From positions 1-41,721 of the forward strand of contig JAYOVO010000002.1 in NCBI GenBank assembly GCA_038151495.1: a stretch of DNA of 41,721 nt. Reading direction: 5' to 3'. The DNA comes from Alphaproteobacteria bacterium. GTDB lineage: Bacteria > Pseudomonadota > Alphaproteobacteria > Puniceispirillales > Puniceispirillaceae. Each line of letters opens with the position of its first letter. The first letter of the stretch is position 1. The notes below the pieces were generated by a model. The model was given only the letters and a program-made list of their open reading frames with translations. It was not told where the DNA came from and did no database searches. The position numbers and the translations under genes are program-made. Positions 27,840-37,597 of the stretch are shown here, piece by piece.

Positions 27840-28979
27840 CACCGATTGCGATAAAATTGATTTGTCGACTTTTCGCAATTCAGATTGCCCACAAAGCCCC
27901 ATAGTTAAATCCAGCTCTTTATGGATGATCTCTAGTGCCTGCGTCACCCCAGCTTGGCCATTTGCCCCCAGACCATAAAGAAACGCACGCCCGATCAATG
28001 TGCCTTGGGCGCCCAGCGCGATTGCCCGCAACACATCTTGGCCGGATCTGATACCGCTATCCATCCACACCTCGGCTTTATCACCAACGGCATCAACAAT
28101 CGCTGGCAATGCTTTGATTGCTGACAAGGCCCCGTCTAGTTGCCGCCCACCATGATTTGACACAACAATTGCATCCGCCCCGACATTTACCGCGGCCCGC
28201 GCATCTTCAGCATCCAAAATGCCTTTGATAATCACCTTGCCGCCCCATTGTTTGCGGATTTCCTTTACATCATCCCATGACAAAGACGCATCAAACTGAC
28301 TGACCGTCCAGTCTGCCAATGATGACATGTCTTTCACGCCTTTGACATGCCCGACAATATTACCAAACTGCCGCCGTTTTGTTCCCAACATGCCAAGGCA
28401 CCATGCTGGTTTTTGCATCAGATTGATAAGATTGCGCAAGGTTGGCTTTGGTGGCGCGCTCAGCCCATTTCGGACATCTTTGTGACGCTGTCCCATAATT
28501 TGCAGATCCAGCGTAATCATCAGGGCTGAACAATTTGCCGCGCGGGCACGTTCTACCAACCGTCTGATGAAATCACGGTCACGCATCACATAAAGCTGAA
28601 ACCAGAATGGCGCATCGCTATTGGCGGCCACATCCTCAATCGAACAAATCGACATGGTTGATAGGGTAAATGGTACACCAAAATCCGCCGCCGCCTTGGC
28701 CGCCAGAATTTCACCATCAGCATGTTGCATGCCTGTCAATCCTGTCGGGGCCAGTGCCACCGGCATCGTAACTGTTTTGCCAAGCATTTCCATTGTGGTG
28801 TCGCGGTGGCTGACATCAATCGCCACACGTTGCCGGAATTTTATGGCCTGCAGGTCATCTTCATTGGCCCGATAGGTGGATTCCGACCATGATCCACTAT
28901 CAGCATAATCATAAAACATACGCGGAACACGCCGTTCAGCTTTTTTTCGCAGGTCTTCGATACAGGCAATCGCTGTCAT
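27825..28979 (-). CDS. lldD: FMN-dependent L-lactate dehydrogenase / alpha-hydroxy-acid oxidase
   Basis: VPRMFYDYADSGSW, APTGLTGMQHADGE, FWFQLYVMRDR, GQRHKD.RNG, SNHGGRQLD, DSGIRSGQD. Confidence 0.9.
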   Translation of the reverse strand: MTAIACIEDLRKKAERRVPRMFYDYADSGSWSESTYRANEDDLQAIKFRQRVAIDVSHRDTTMEMLGKTVTMPVALAPTGLTGMQHADGEILAAKAAADFGVPFTLSTMSICSIEDVAANSDAPFWFQLYVMRDRDFIRRLVERARAANCSALMITLDLQIMGQRHKDVRNGLSAPPKPTLRNLINLMQKPAWCLGMLGTKRRQFGNIVGHVKGVKDMSSLADWTVSQFDASLSWDDVKEIRKQWGGKVIIKGILDAEDARAAVNVGADAIVVSNHGGRQLDGALSAIKALPAIVDAVGDKAEVWMDSGIRSGQDVLRAIALGAQGTLIGRAFLYGLGANGQAGVTQALEIIHKELDLTMGLCGQSELRKVDKSILSQSVSDHR

Positions 28980-29059
28980 AACACACCATCTTGGTTCACG
29001 ATTTGGAAGTCGTCTATATTAGTCCGTTACAATCTCAGCATTGCCAAGTCATGTAAAGA

Positions 29060-30703
29060 CTATCGATAACGGCGTAGCATTGCGCTCATCAAAATCACCG
29101 GAATCAGCCCACTCATTACAATCATCAGCGCTGGCAATGCGGCTTTTTCAAGCATTTCATCCTTGGCAAATTGATAGGTATGGGTTGCCAAAGTTTCAAA
29201 ATCAAATGGCCGCAACAAAAGCGTCATTGGCAACTCTTTCATAATATCAACAAACACCAGCATTAAACCCGCAACAAATGAGCTTTTGAGAAGCGGCAAG
29301 ATAATCTGCCTTAAACTCGCACCATAGCCATGTCCCAATACGCGGCTGGCACTCATCAGATTTTCTGGCAACCGCCGCACCCCGGATAACATCGCGCCGT
29401 ACCCAACAGCCTGAAACCTGACAAGATAGGCAAGCATCAGCAATCCCATACCTGCAACCAAAAAACTGCTGATCATCCCACCAGATATCAAACGCAATAA
29501 ATGGTCGATATAGCCAGCATAAATCAGCACACCAATTGCCAATATCGTGCCCGGAAAGGCATAGCCGGTAGACGACATTAACGCCAGTTTGCGTAATTTT
29601 GACCCAGCCCGAAATGCCGCGGTTAACACAATCACACTGGCAACAAGCATAATGAAAATAGCCGCGGCAATGGCAACCACCACACTGTTTATGACCACCG
29701 GCTGAATGGCCAAAAATTCAGCTATCACATCACCGCGCAAGACAAACCGCAACAACACGCCAAGCGGAATAAAAAATCCAAATGACAATGGCATCAAACA
29801 AAGCAACCAGCAGACACAAGTACCAAGGCCTGTTGTTGGTAACGGGGCAAGGCTGTTTTGGGTGCGGCTTGTGCTGACATATTGCTGGCGCGAACGCGCG
29901 TAAAGTTCAAGTCCTAGCAACCCAAGGATAAACAAAAACCCGACTGATGAAATCTGCGCCGCCGCCACCAGATTATTCATCCCTAGCCACACATTAAAAA
30001 TACCCAAGGTGATGGTTTGCACAGCGAAATATTCAACCGTGCCAAAATCGGACACCACTTCCATCATCACCAGCGCCAACCCGGCAACGATGGCCGGGCG
30101 TGCCAACGGCAAACCAACATGCCAAAATTGCGATTTATTATGCACCAGAGCAATTTCAAAAAGACTAGCCGGGGTCAGGCGAAACGCAATGCGGGTCACC
30201 ATATAAATATAGGGATAAAGCACCGAAGCCATGACCAATACTGCCCCACCAACCGAACGAATTTCCGGAAAATAATAATCACGCGGGCTTTGCCACCCAA
30301 AAGCCGTCCGAAGCGCCGATTGCACCGGACCGGCATATTCAAAAAAATCGGTATAGCAATAAGCAATGATATAGGCAGGTATCGCAGCCGGTAACAGTAA
30401 CATCCATTCCAGCATGGCACGGCCAGCAAAATCATATCGGCTGATCACCCATGCCGAGCTGACACCAAACACAACCGCAACGCCGCCAACACCGCCCATC
30501 AGCAATAGGGTATTGGTGACATAGGTGGCTAAAACCGTGTCGACCAGATGCCCCCACAGGCCGCCGCTATCACCAAGGGCGGCAAGAAGTAAGGCCGCGA
30601 CCGGGCCAAGCAAAAAACAGCATAAAATAACTGTCACCATCGACCATTTATCAATCGACGGGCGTGACGCAAGTGACCATTGTGATAAAAAAGTAGCTAC
30701 CAT
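29060..30703 (-). CDS. fbpB: Fe(III) ABC transporter permease (duplicated FbpB/FutB)
   Basis: LPAAIPAYIIAY, YPYIY, LPLARPAI...DFG, GYAFPG, KELPMTLLLRPFDFETLA; overlaps the fbpA stop by 7 nt. Confidence 0.92.
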   Translation of the reverse strand: MVATFLSQWSLASRPSIDKWSMVTVILCCFLLGPVAALLLAALGDSGGLWGHLVDTVLATYVTNTLLLMGGVGGVAVVFGVSSAWVISRYDFAGRAMLEWMLLLPAAIPAYIIAYCYTDFFEYAGPVQSALRTAFGWQSPRDYYFPEIRSVGGAVLVMASVLYPYIYMVTRIAFRLTPASLFEIALVHNKSQFWHVGLPLARPAIVAGLALVMMEVVSDFGTVEYFAVQTITLGIFNVWLGMNNLVAAAQISSVGFLFILGLLGLELYARSRQQYVSTSRTQNSLAPLPTTGLGTCVCWLLCLMPLSFGFFIPLGVLLRFVLRGDVIAEFLAIQPVVINSVVVAIAAAIFIMLVASVIVLTAAFRAGSKLRKLALMSSTGYAFPGTILAIGVLIYAGYIDHLLRLISGGMISSFLVAGMGLLMLAYLVRFQAVGYGAMLSGVRRLPENLMSASRVLGHGYGASLRQIILPLLKSSFVAGLMLVFVDIMKELPMTLLLRPFDFETLATHTYQFAKDEMLEKAALPALMIVMSGLIPVILMSAMLRRYR

Positions 30704-31755
30704 CCGACCCGATCAATAATCATCTGCGCCTCTGTTGCCAATGCCGCCAGCCGTTCAATCGGCAATTCATCACGCTTAAAGGCGCCCCAGCTGGCAAGCT
30801 CTGCTGGTGGTGCAACAGCCGGATTGACCGGGTATTCATAATTTATTGTTCCATAAAGTTGCTGGGCCACTTCGCCTGTCAAAAATTCAAGAAACGCAAG
30901 TGCCTCTTTTTTGTTCGGGCTGTATTTGGCGATTCCGGCACCCGAAATATTGATGTGGTTACCGCGATCTTGCTGGTTGGTAAAAACAAGCCGAAGCGAA
31001 TCAGCCCATAACCGCTGGTCCGCATCATCGGAAAATTTCATATTGCCGTAATAATAGCTGTTCATGATGGCAACATCACAAATGCCTTGAAAGATGGCTT
31101 TGGCCTGCGCCCGGTCATTACCCTGGGGTTTGCGTGCCAGATTTGATACAAAATCACGCGCCCAGCTTTCTGCGGCCTCGGCCCCATGCGCCGCAATCAA
31201 AGACGCCATTAACGCGCGGTTATACACATGGCTACCGGGGCGGGTACAAATCCGCCCACGCCATTCATCTTTGGCAAGATCCTCAATAGTCTGGATGGCA
31301 TCAGCTGGCACCCGGTCTTTCGATGTCACCAGAATGCGGGCGCGTTCAGATAACCCAAACCAGCGGTTGTCCGATGCGCGCAAATGCGCCGGAATATTGG
31401 CGGCAAGAACAGCTGAGTCAACTGGTGCCAGCAAATCAAGTGCGGCATATTCGGCAAGCCGCGCGATATCCACAGTCAAAATAACATCAGCCGGGCTTGC
31501 CGCGCCTTCGGCCTGAAGCCTTTGGGCCAATCCCTTGGCCGCATATACAGTTTTGGTCTCAATGCCAGTAGCCTTGGTAAAGGCATCCAAAAATGGTTGG
31601 ATCAGCAGTTGCTGTCGATGCGAATAAATATTTACCGTACCGGCGGCAAACACCTGCGTTGGCAGCCATAAACATAAAGCAAATACACCCATTACCAGCC
31701 AGCGGCGGAAAAATCTTTCATGGTTCGAACAAATGGTTGTGTACATGATCATCAT
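30697..31755 (-). CDS. fbpA: Fe(III) ABC transporter binding protein (FbpA/FutA/SfuA, Tyr-ligand class)
   Basis: YSHRQ, SPADV.LTVD, R.R, ICTR.G.HVYN, GNDRAQ, NSYYYG (tandem Tyr), RGNHINISG, NYEYP. Exact start uncertain. Confidence 0.92.
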   Translation of the reverse strand: MMIMYTTICSNHERFFRRWLVMGVFALCLWLPTQVFAAGTVNIYSHRQQLLIQPFLDAFTKATGIETKTVYAAKGLAQRLQAEGAASPADVILTVDIARLAEYAALDLLAPVDSAVLAANIPAHLRASDNRWFGLSERARILVTSKDRVPADAIQTIEDLAKDEWRGRICTRPGSHVYNRALMASLIAAHGAEAAESWARDFVSNLARKPQGNDRAQAKAIFQGICDVAIMNSYYYGNMKFSDDADQRLWADSLRLVFTNQQDRGNHINISGAGIAKYSPNKKEALAFLEFLTGEVAQQLYGTINYEYPVNPAVAPPAELASWGAFKRDELPIERLAALATEAQMIIDRVGW

Positions 31756-31884
31756 TTATCTGTTTGCCTATATTTGGATAATCGAATTTCGACTGAGCGC
31801 CGCATTTATCCCCGCCCCCCCATGCGCATGGCATGGGATGAAGGCGAAAAAATTGACCAAAAATTTTGACGCCTGAAACTCAGT

Positions 31885-31899
31885 TAAGAATGATTATCA
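31885..31899 (-). promoter_or_regulatory. Fur-box-like site overlapping the likely fbpA -10 region
   Basis: Minus strand TGATAAT-C-ATTCTTA versus the 7-1-7 Fur consensus TGATAAT-N-ATTATCA (12/14); TTGCAT -35-like hexamer at 31914-31919; upstream of an iron-uptake operon. Confidence 0.65.
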
Positions 31900-32010
31900 A
31901 TAGCAAAAACAAAATGCAAGCGGATTCATTTTTGACTTTCAGCCCGGCAAGCAATCAGCTATCAACGCGCCGTGTCAGCCCCGTTTAGCACCTGAAAAGA
32001 GGTAGGATCT

Positions 32011-32691
32011 GTGGAATATTTCAACGACGCTTGGGTGATCGCTGTTTTACAAATTATTGCGATCGACATTGTTTTGGGCGGTGATAATGCCATCATCATC
32101 GCGCTGGCATGTCGTAACCTGCCAAAACATCAACGGCGCGCAGGCATTTTATGGGGTACTGCTGGGGCCATCATCCTGCGGGTGGTCTTGGTGTTTTTTG
32201 CCACCAGCTTGATGGAAATTCCCGGACTGCGACTGATTGGCGGCATCTTGCTGATCTGGATTGGGGTGAAATTGCTGACCGAGGTCGAAACACACGACCT
32301 TGATGGCAAAATCAACCAGAGCAGCAATCTACTCACCGCTATTCGCACCATCATTATTGCTGATTTTGTAATGAGTCTGGATAACGCCTTGGCCATCACC
32401 GCCGCCGCAAAAGGCGATATTGGCCTTGTTGTATTTGGTTTGCTTCTCAGCGTGCCGATTATCATTTGGGGCAGTGCGTTGATTTTACGGTTGATGGAAC
32501 GGTTTCCGGTCATCATTACAGCCGGGGCGGGCCTGTTAGGTTGGCTAGGCGGCGGCTTAATGATCAGCGATAAATTACTGGCCGAATTCACCGCTATGTC
32601 ACCGCCCGCCGCCCCGACACTGGCAACAGCGATAGGCGCCATATTCGTGATCGCTATCGGCAGATTTTTAGCCAAACCAAAGCCAGAATAA
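32011..32691 (+). CDS. TerC family membrane protein (YjbE-type)
   Basis: IDIVLGGDNAIIIALACRNLP, AIILR, IIIADFVMSLDNALAI, GLLLSVPIIIWGS; GTG start with GAGGTAGGA RBS. Confidence 0.92.
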   Translation: MEYFNDAWVIAVLQIIAIDIVLGGDNAIIIALACRNLPKHQRRAGILWGTAGAIILRVVLVFFATSLMEIPGLRLIGGILLIWIGVKLLTEVETHDLDGKINQSSNLLTAIRTIIIADFVMSLDNALAITAAAKGDIGLVVFGLLLSVPIIIWGSALILRLMERFPVIITAGAGLLGWLGGGLMISDKLLAEFTAMSPPAAPTLATAIGAIFVIAIGRFLAKPKPE

Positions 32692-32815
32692 CAAGCCGCG
32701 CCCCGCCCATATGCGCTAGCGGCATCATTTGCATATTATATCCAAGTGAATATTGTGACAGACGCCCAATTGCTGTTAGCGTAATCTGGTTAGTGATCTT
32801 TTTTCGGAGTTTGTG

Positions 32816-33703
32816 ATGCGAGCCAATACACCGTCTGTTACCGTCATTGGATTTGGCGAGGCAGGATCATCACTTTGCATCGGCTGGAACCGCCGCGGCG
32901 TTCGTAGCTTTGACATCAAACAGACCAATCCAAATCTAAAAGCCGCAAAATGTGCCGAAATGCACGACCAGGGCGTTGATGCGGCCGAAGATATAGGCGC
33001 CGCAGTAGACGGGGCTGATCTGATTTTCAGCACGGTGACGGCTGATCAGGCGTTTGCCGCCGCGTCATCTGCCGCACCAAGGCTGAAACCGGGGGCGTTC
33101 TTCTTTGACTTAAATAGTTGCGCCCCGTCAACAAAACAAAAATCAGCTGCGGTGATCGAGGCCGCTGGCGGCCGGTATGTTGATATTGCGGTAATGGCGA
33201 CAATCACCCCAGATTATCACCATACGCCGATGCTGATATGCGGCGATCACAGCACCGCCGCACTTGCCGCCTTGCAGGCACTGGACATGGCGCCAAAGCT
33301 GGTGCCCGGGCCAGTGGGGCGTGCCTCTACCATCAAAATGGTTCGGTCTGTTTTGGTGAAAGGTATCGAAGCCTTGACAGCCGAATGTTTTTGGGCGGCA
33401 TCAAAAGCCGGTGTGGTTGATGAAGTCGCCGCATCACTTGATGCATCGCAAACTGACATGGGCTGGAAAGAACAGGCGCATTATAACGCCGAACGCATGA
33501 CCACCCATGGCATCCGCCGCGCCGCAGAAATGCGTGAAGTCCACAAGACCTTGATTGATCTTGGCATCACCCCGGACATGACCAGCGGCACAATTGACCG
33601 GCAACAGCAATTCGGTGAATTAGCAATTTCGCTTGTTGATCTTGACAGTTTTGAAGCGCGGTTCGCCGCTATCGAAGCGGCGGTTGAAGCAGAAAAAAAC
33701 TAG
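32816..33703 (+). CDS. NAD(P)-dependent oxidoreductase (6-PGDH/3-hydroxyisobutyrate DH-like with DUF1932-type C-terminus)
   Basis: IGFGEAG Rossmann motif, DLNSCAP.TK, YVDIAVM, GRASTIKMVRSVLVKG, HGIRRAAEM.E. Confidence 0.85.
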   Translation: MRANTPSVTVIGFGEAGSSLCIGWNRRGVRSFDIKQTNPNLKAAKCAEMHDQGVDAAEDIGAAVDGADLIFSTVTADQAFAAASSAAPRLKPGAFFFDLNSCAPSTKQKSAAVIEAAGGRYVDIAVMATITPDYHHTPMLICGDHSTAALAALQALDMAPKLVPGPVGRASTIKMVRSVLVKGIEALTAECFWAASKAGVVDEVAASLDASQTDMGWKEQAHYNAERMTTHGIRRAAEMREVHKTLIDLGITPDMTSGTIDRQQQFGELAISLVDLDSFEARFAAIEAAVEAEKN

Positions 33704-34608
33704 TCAGACCCGGCTGATGTTTCAGTCAGGCCAACAAACACCCCAGTACCCAGAATGGCCACCACCCCGCCCCATTGCCATGGGGTTAAGGTTTCGTGCA
33801 GAAACAGCCAAGATGACAACGCCGCCACCAGCACCTCCGACAGCATCAAAATGCCAACAAGCCCCGGCGATAGATATTGCATAATGCGAAAAATCAATAA
33901 TACAGAAGGTAAAAACACCACCGCCGATGCCAGAAACGCAACCGGCAAGGCCGCCGCCACCTGATTGAGTGCGGGAATGGCATCGCCCATAAACAAGGCC
34001 GCGCCGCCAGCCAATAGCCCACCAACAAGATATTGCATAAATGTGATGTGCAGAAAATCTGCCTTTGGATAGCGCCGGATCACCACCGAACCTGCCGCCC
34101 ATGCCATACCAGCGATCAGGCCAAGCAAATCTGCATTATCATAACCAAAAGCAAACGGGTTGACCCGCATGACCAACAAGCATCCGGTAATCCCGCCAAT
34201 AATCGCAAGCCATCGGCCATAGCCAAACCGTTCAGACAGCAAGATATAGGCAAATAATGTCGCCCAGACAGGGGTCAGATAAAACAGCACTGTGGTTTTG
34301 GTCACTGACGCCACCACCAGACCAAGCCCATAAAGCACAAAGCCGATCCCCATCAACCCACCGGCAAGACCAGTGATGAACCAATGCCGCCGATCAGCGA
34401 TATAAGCCCTGATGACAAAAGGACACATGGCAATCGCTGGCAACAGATGGAACATGGTGACCACCCATAACCCGCTTAAGCCAAATGATTCTGTATAGCG
34501 CATTGGCATCCATAATACGCCCCATAGCGCCGATGCCAGAAACACGATCAGCATGGCATGATGATGCGCATAACGACGGCTGAAAATATGTGTCAGCATC
34601 GTTATCAT
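33700..34608 (-). CDS. DMT/EamA family transporter
   Basis: LWGVLWMPMRY, LFYLTPVWATL, LSPGLVGILMLSEV; about 10 TM. Start reassigned to ATG 34608 (or 34599) because the ORF-track extension overlaps malY. Confidence 0.88.
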   Translation of the reverse strand: MITMLTHIFSRRYAHHHAMLIVFLASALWGVLWMPMRYTESFGLSGLWVVTMFHLLPAIAMCPFVIRAYIADRRHWFITGLAGGLMGIGFVLYGLGLVVASVTKTTVLFYLTPVWATLFAYILLSERFGYGRWLAIIGGITGCLLVMRVNPFAFGYDNADLLGLIAGMAWAAGSVVIRRYPKADFLHITFMQYLVGGLLAGGAALFMGDAIPALNQVAAALPVAFLASAVVFLPSVLLIFRIMQYLSPGLVGILMLSEVLVAALSSWLFLHETLTPWQWGGVVAILGTGVFVGLTETSAGSD

Positions 34609-34639
34609 CTCGTATGCTGGTTCCGTGTTTGTCGCCGCA

Positions 34640-35815
34640 TTATTGAAGATCGGCAAAGGCTTGTTGCAAACGTGCAACCGCGTCATGAACAAGGGCGCGC
34701 CGGCAAGCGATATTAAACCGCAAAAATGACTCACCGCCAGTGCCAAAAGATGCACCATGGTTGGCGGCAATTTCTGCATCACTTTGTACCCGCCGGATAA
34801 ATTCTTCGCTGGTCATGCCCGTGTCCTTGAAATCAACCCAGCATAAATAGGTGGCATCAAGCGACATTGCCTTTACCCCGGCAATCTGATTGACACCATC
34901 TTCGAAAATGCGCCGGTTTTCTGCCAAATAGACCAACAGTGAATCCAGCCATGAATCGCCAGTGCGCCATGCTGTTTCGGTCATCATCATCCCGAGACGG
35001 TTAAAAGACGTGCCATAGGCCGCGGCAACACGGGAAATTCTTTGCCGCAAATGATCATCTGCCGTCACCATACTGCCAATCATGGTGCCAGCAAGATTGA
35101 ATGTTTTGGTTGTGGCCACCAGCGTTACCAGACGGTGGCTGATATCCGGCACGGCGGTGGCCAGCACGCTGTGTTTGGCTGGGGCGAATACCAGATCATT
35201 ATGCACTTCGTCGCTGATCAGGATCAAATCATGCTTGTCACAAAATGCCGCAAGATCAGTTAGTTCCTGTTTGTCCCATACCCGGCCGCCGGGGTTGTGC
35301 GGCGAGCAAAATAACAAAATTTTCTCATTGCCAGTTAATTGGGTTTCAAGATGGTCAAGATCCATCTGATAGCGACCATCACGCACCACTAGCGGTGATT
35401 CAATGAGCTGACGGCCATTGGATTTGATAATGCGCGCAAAGGCATGATAAACCGGGCTGAAAATAATCACGCCGTCACCTGCCGCGCTGAACGCTTGTAG
35501 GCATATGCCAATGGCGTTGCATAATCCATGCGCATTGATGATCCAGTTTGGCTGGACATGCCAATTATGTCGGCGTTGCATCCAGCCGATCAGGGCTTGC
35601 CGGTAATCAGCATCATCACCAAAATAGCCATGGACACCATGAATGGCGGCCTGCCGGACCACATCATTTACCGCTGGCGGCGGTGTGAAATCCATATCCG
35701 CCACCCACATGGCGATACCTGTTTCTGGCGACACCCCGTATTTTGCCTGCATGGTGTCCCATTTTGAAGACTGTGTCCCAACACGGTTTATGACCACGTC
35801 AAAATCAAAATCCAT
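34640..35815 (-). CDS. MalY/PatB family PLP-dependent C-S lyase (cystathionine beta-lyase-like)
   Basis: MWVADMDF, PVYHAF, CSPHNPGGRVW, SDEVH, KTFNLAG, ATYLCWVD, FLRFNIAC. Confidence 0.92.
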   Translation of the reverse strand: MDFDFDVVINRVGTQSSKWDTMQAKYGVSPETGIAMWVADMDFTPPPAVNDVVRQAAIHGVHGYFGDDADYRQALIGWMQRRHNWHVQPNWIINAHGLCNAIGICLQAFSAAGDGVIIFSPVYHAFARIIKSNGRQLIESPLVVRDGRYQMDLDHLETQLTGNEKILLFCSPHNPGGRVWDKQELTDLAAFCDKHDLILISDEVHNDLVFAPAKHSVLATAVPDISHRLVTLVATTKTFNLAGTMIGSMVTADDHLRQRISRVAAAYGTSFNRLGMMMTETAWRTGDSWLDSLLVYLAENRRIFEDGVNQIAGVKAMSLDATYLCWVDFKDTGMTSEEFIRRVQSDAEIAANHGASFGTGGESFLRFNIACRRALVHDAVARLQQAFADLQ

Positions 35816-35859
35816 TATGGCGTCTCCATTACCATGCGCATGACCTTGCCGCGCTTTGT

Positions 35860-37527
35860 CTATATCCCGGCATTGCGTAAATCCGCAATGCTTTGGCGCG
35901 GTGTTATGGCTTCGGTTGCGACAACCAAATCCAAAATGGCACCGGTTTTTGATTGCAGCGCCCGGTCAAAAGCCGCGGCGAATTGATCGGTCGATTCAAC
36001 CCGTTCACCATAAAATCCGTATGATTTAGCCAGCCCAACAAAATCTGGATTCTGCAAATCAGTTCCCGATACACGGTGCGGGTAATTGCGTTCCTGATGC
36101 ATGCGGATGGTGCCGTAGCTGGCATTATTTACAATCAGCACAATCGGATATAATCCAGCCTGCATCGCCGTGCCAAGTTCGGCGCAGTTCATCTGAAAAT
36201 CACCGTCGCCAGCAAAACATAACACAAATCGGTCTGGGTCACATGCCTTGGCCGCCAGCGCCGCTGGCAAGCCGTATCCCATCGCACCACTCTGGGGCGC
36301 CAAAAGACGCATGTCTTTGTTATATTTTATAAATTTGCTTGGCCATGTGGCGAAATTTCCAGCCCCATTTGTGATGATGGCATCTGCCGGCAAAACCGTG
36401 CGTATATGCGCCAGCACCGCCCCCATATCCAGCGCGCCCGGCTGTGGTGCAATGGTAAAGCTGGCATCATAAGACGCTTTGGCATCAGCGCACCATGCCC
36501 GGCGGGTTTCATCATCATCTAGCGTAATATCTGCGAGGGCTTCGGCCATGGCATTCGGGCTAGCCTGCAATGGCAAATCAGCAATATAGATTTTGCCAAT
36601 CTCTGCATCTGATCTATGGCTATGGATCAGTTGCGCTGACATTTTCGGCAGGTTAAATAATTCATACCCATCGGTTGTCATCTCACCAAAGCGAATATTA
36701 ATCGCGATAATTGTGTCAGCCTCACGCAACAAGGTTTTGATATAGCCAAGCATGCCAACCCCGGCATCGCCGACAAAGCATGGGTGGTGATTGTCACAAA
36801 TATCATGGAACCTAAAAGCCGCCACAAGCGGCACGTGATTGGCAGCGGCAAATCTTTCAAGCTGGCGTGCGGCCGCGGTTGTCCAGCCACTGCCACCATA
36901 CAGAACCACCGGCCGTTTGCTCGCTTGCAAACACGCCTGCAATTGTGCTTTTTGTGCATGCGACAAAGCGGGTTCGGCCAGTGTTATTGGGCCGCATGCT
37001 GGCTGTGTGACAGCCGCCCGCAACATATTTTCTGGCAAGGCCACAATCACTGGGCCAGGCCGACCGCTTAGGGCGGTTGTCCACGCACGCGCCACCAATT
37101 CAGGAATGCGATCGGCATCGTCAATTTCACACACCCATTTGGCAACACTTCCAAAAAACTGTTTATAATCAATTTCTTGAAATGCTTCACGGCCTTTCAT
37201 ATCGGTGCCAACCTGCCCGACAAACACCAGCATCGGCGACGAATTCTGCATGGCTGTGTGAATGCCAATAGATGCGTTTGTGGCGCCCGGGCCACGGGTG
37301 ACAAAACAGATGCCCGGCGTACCAGTGAGCTTGCCCCACGCCTCTGCCATATAGGCCGCACCGCCCTCATGACGACATAAAATGAGTTGAAACTGATCGG
37401 CCCGGTCATACATGGCGTCAAGAACAGCCAGATAAGATTCGCCCGGCACGCCAAATCCCTTATGCGCCCCAAGGCCAATCAAACAATCCATTAACAGGCT
37501 GCCGCCTGTTGCCTGCAATTGTGCCAT
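35860..37527 (-). CDS. ThDP-dependent enzyme, acetolactate-synthase-like superfamily (function unassigned)
   Basis: GVPGES, RHEGGA, TRGPGATN, SGRPGPV, SGAMGYG, GDGDF..N...NN..YGTIRMHQE; no ilvH/ilvN small-subunit gene adjacent. Confidence 0.9.
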   Translation of the reverse strand: MAQLQATGGSLLMDCLIGLGAHKGFGVPGESYLAVLDAMYDRADQFQLILCRHEGGAAYMAEAWGKLTGTPGICFVTRGPGATNASIGIHTAMQNSSPMLVFVGQVGTDMKGREAFQEIDYKQFFGSVAKWVCEIDDADRIPELVARAWTTALSGRPGPVIVALPENMLRAAVTQPACGPITLAEPALSHAQKAQLQACLQASKRPVVLYGGSGWTTAAARQLERFAAANHVPLVAAFRFHDICDNHHPCFVGDAGVGMLGYIKTLLREADTIIAINIRFGEMTTDGYELFNLPKMSAQLIHSHRSDAEIGKIYIADLPLQASPNAMAEALADITLDDDETRRAWCADAKASYDASFTIAPQPGALDMGAVLAHIRTVLPADAIITNGAGNFATWPSKFIKYNKDMRLLAPQSGAMGYGLPAALAAKACDPDRFVLCFAGDGDFQMNCAELGTAMQAGLYPIVLIVNNASYGTIRMHQERNYPHRVSGTDLQNPDFVGLAKSYGFYGERVESTDQFAAAFDRALQSKTGAILDLVVATEAITPRQSIADLRNAGI

Positions 37528-37597
37528 TTCCCCTCACCTATCTGATTATTTTGGGACCATTGCACCTGCAATCAGCAGGCAACATAACAAAAACCGA

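Noticed and set aside
31900-32010. yybP-ykoY (Mn) riboswitch upstream of the TerC/YjbE gene
   Set aside because: I could not find the GGGGAGUA...GAGACC core by eye; an Infernal search would settle it.
35860-37527. Calling the ThDP enzyme ilvB/ilvI
   Set aside because: No small subunit or ilvC nearby, and GVPGES/YGTIRMHQE differ from the biosynthetic AHAS motifs (GYPGG, LGMVRQWQ).
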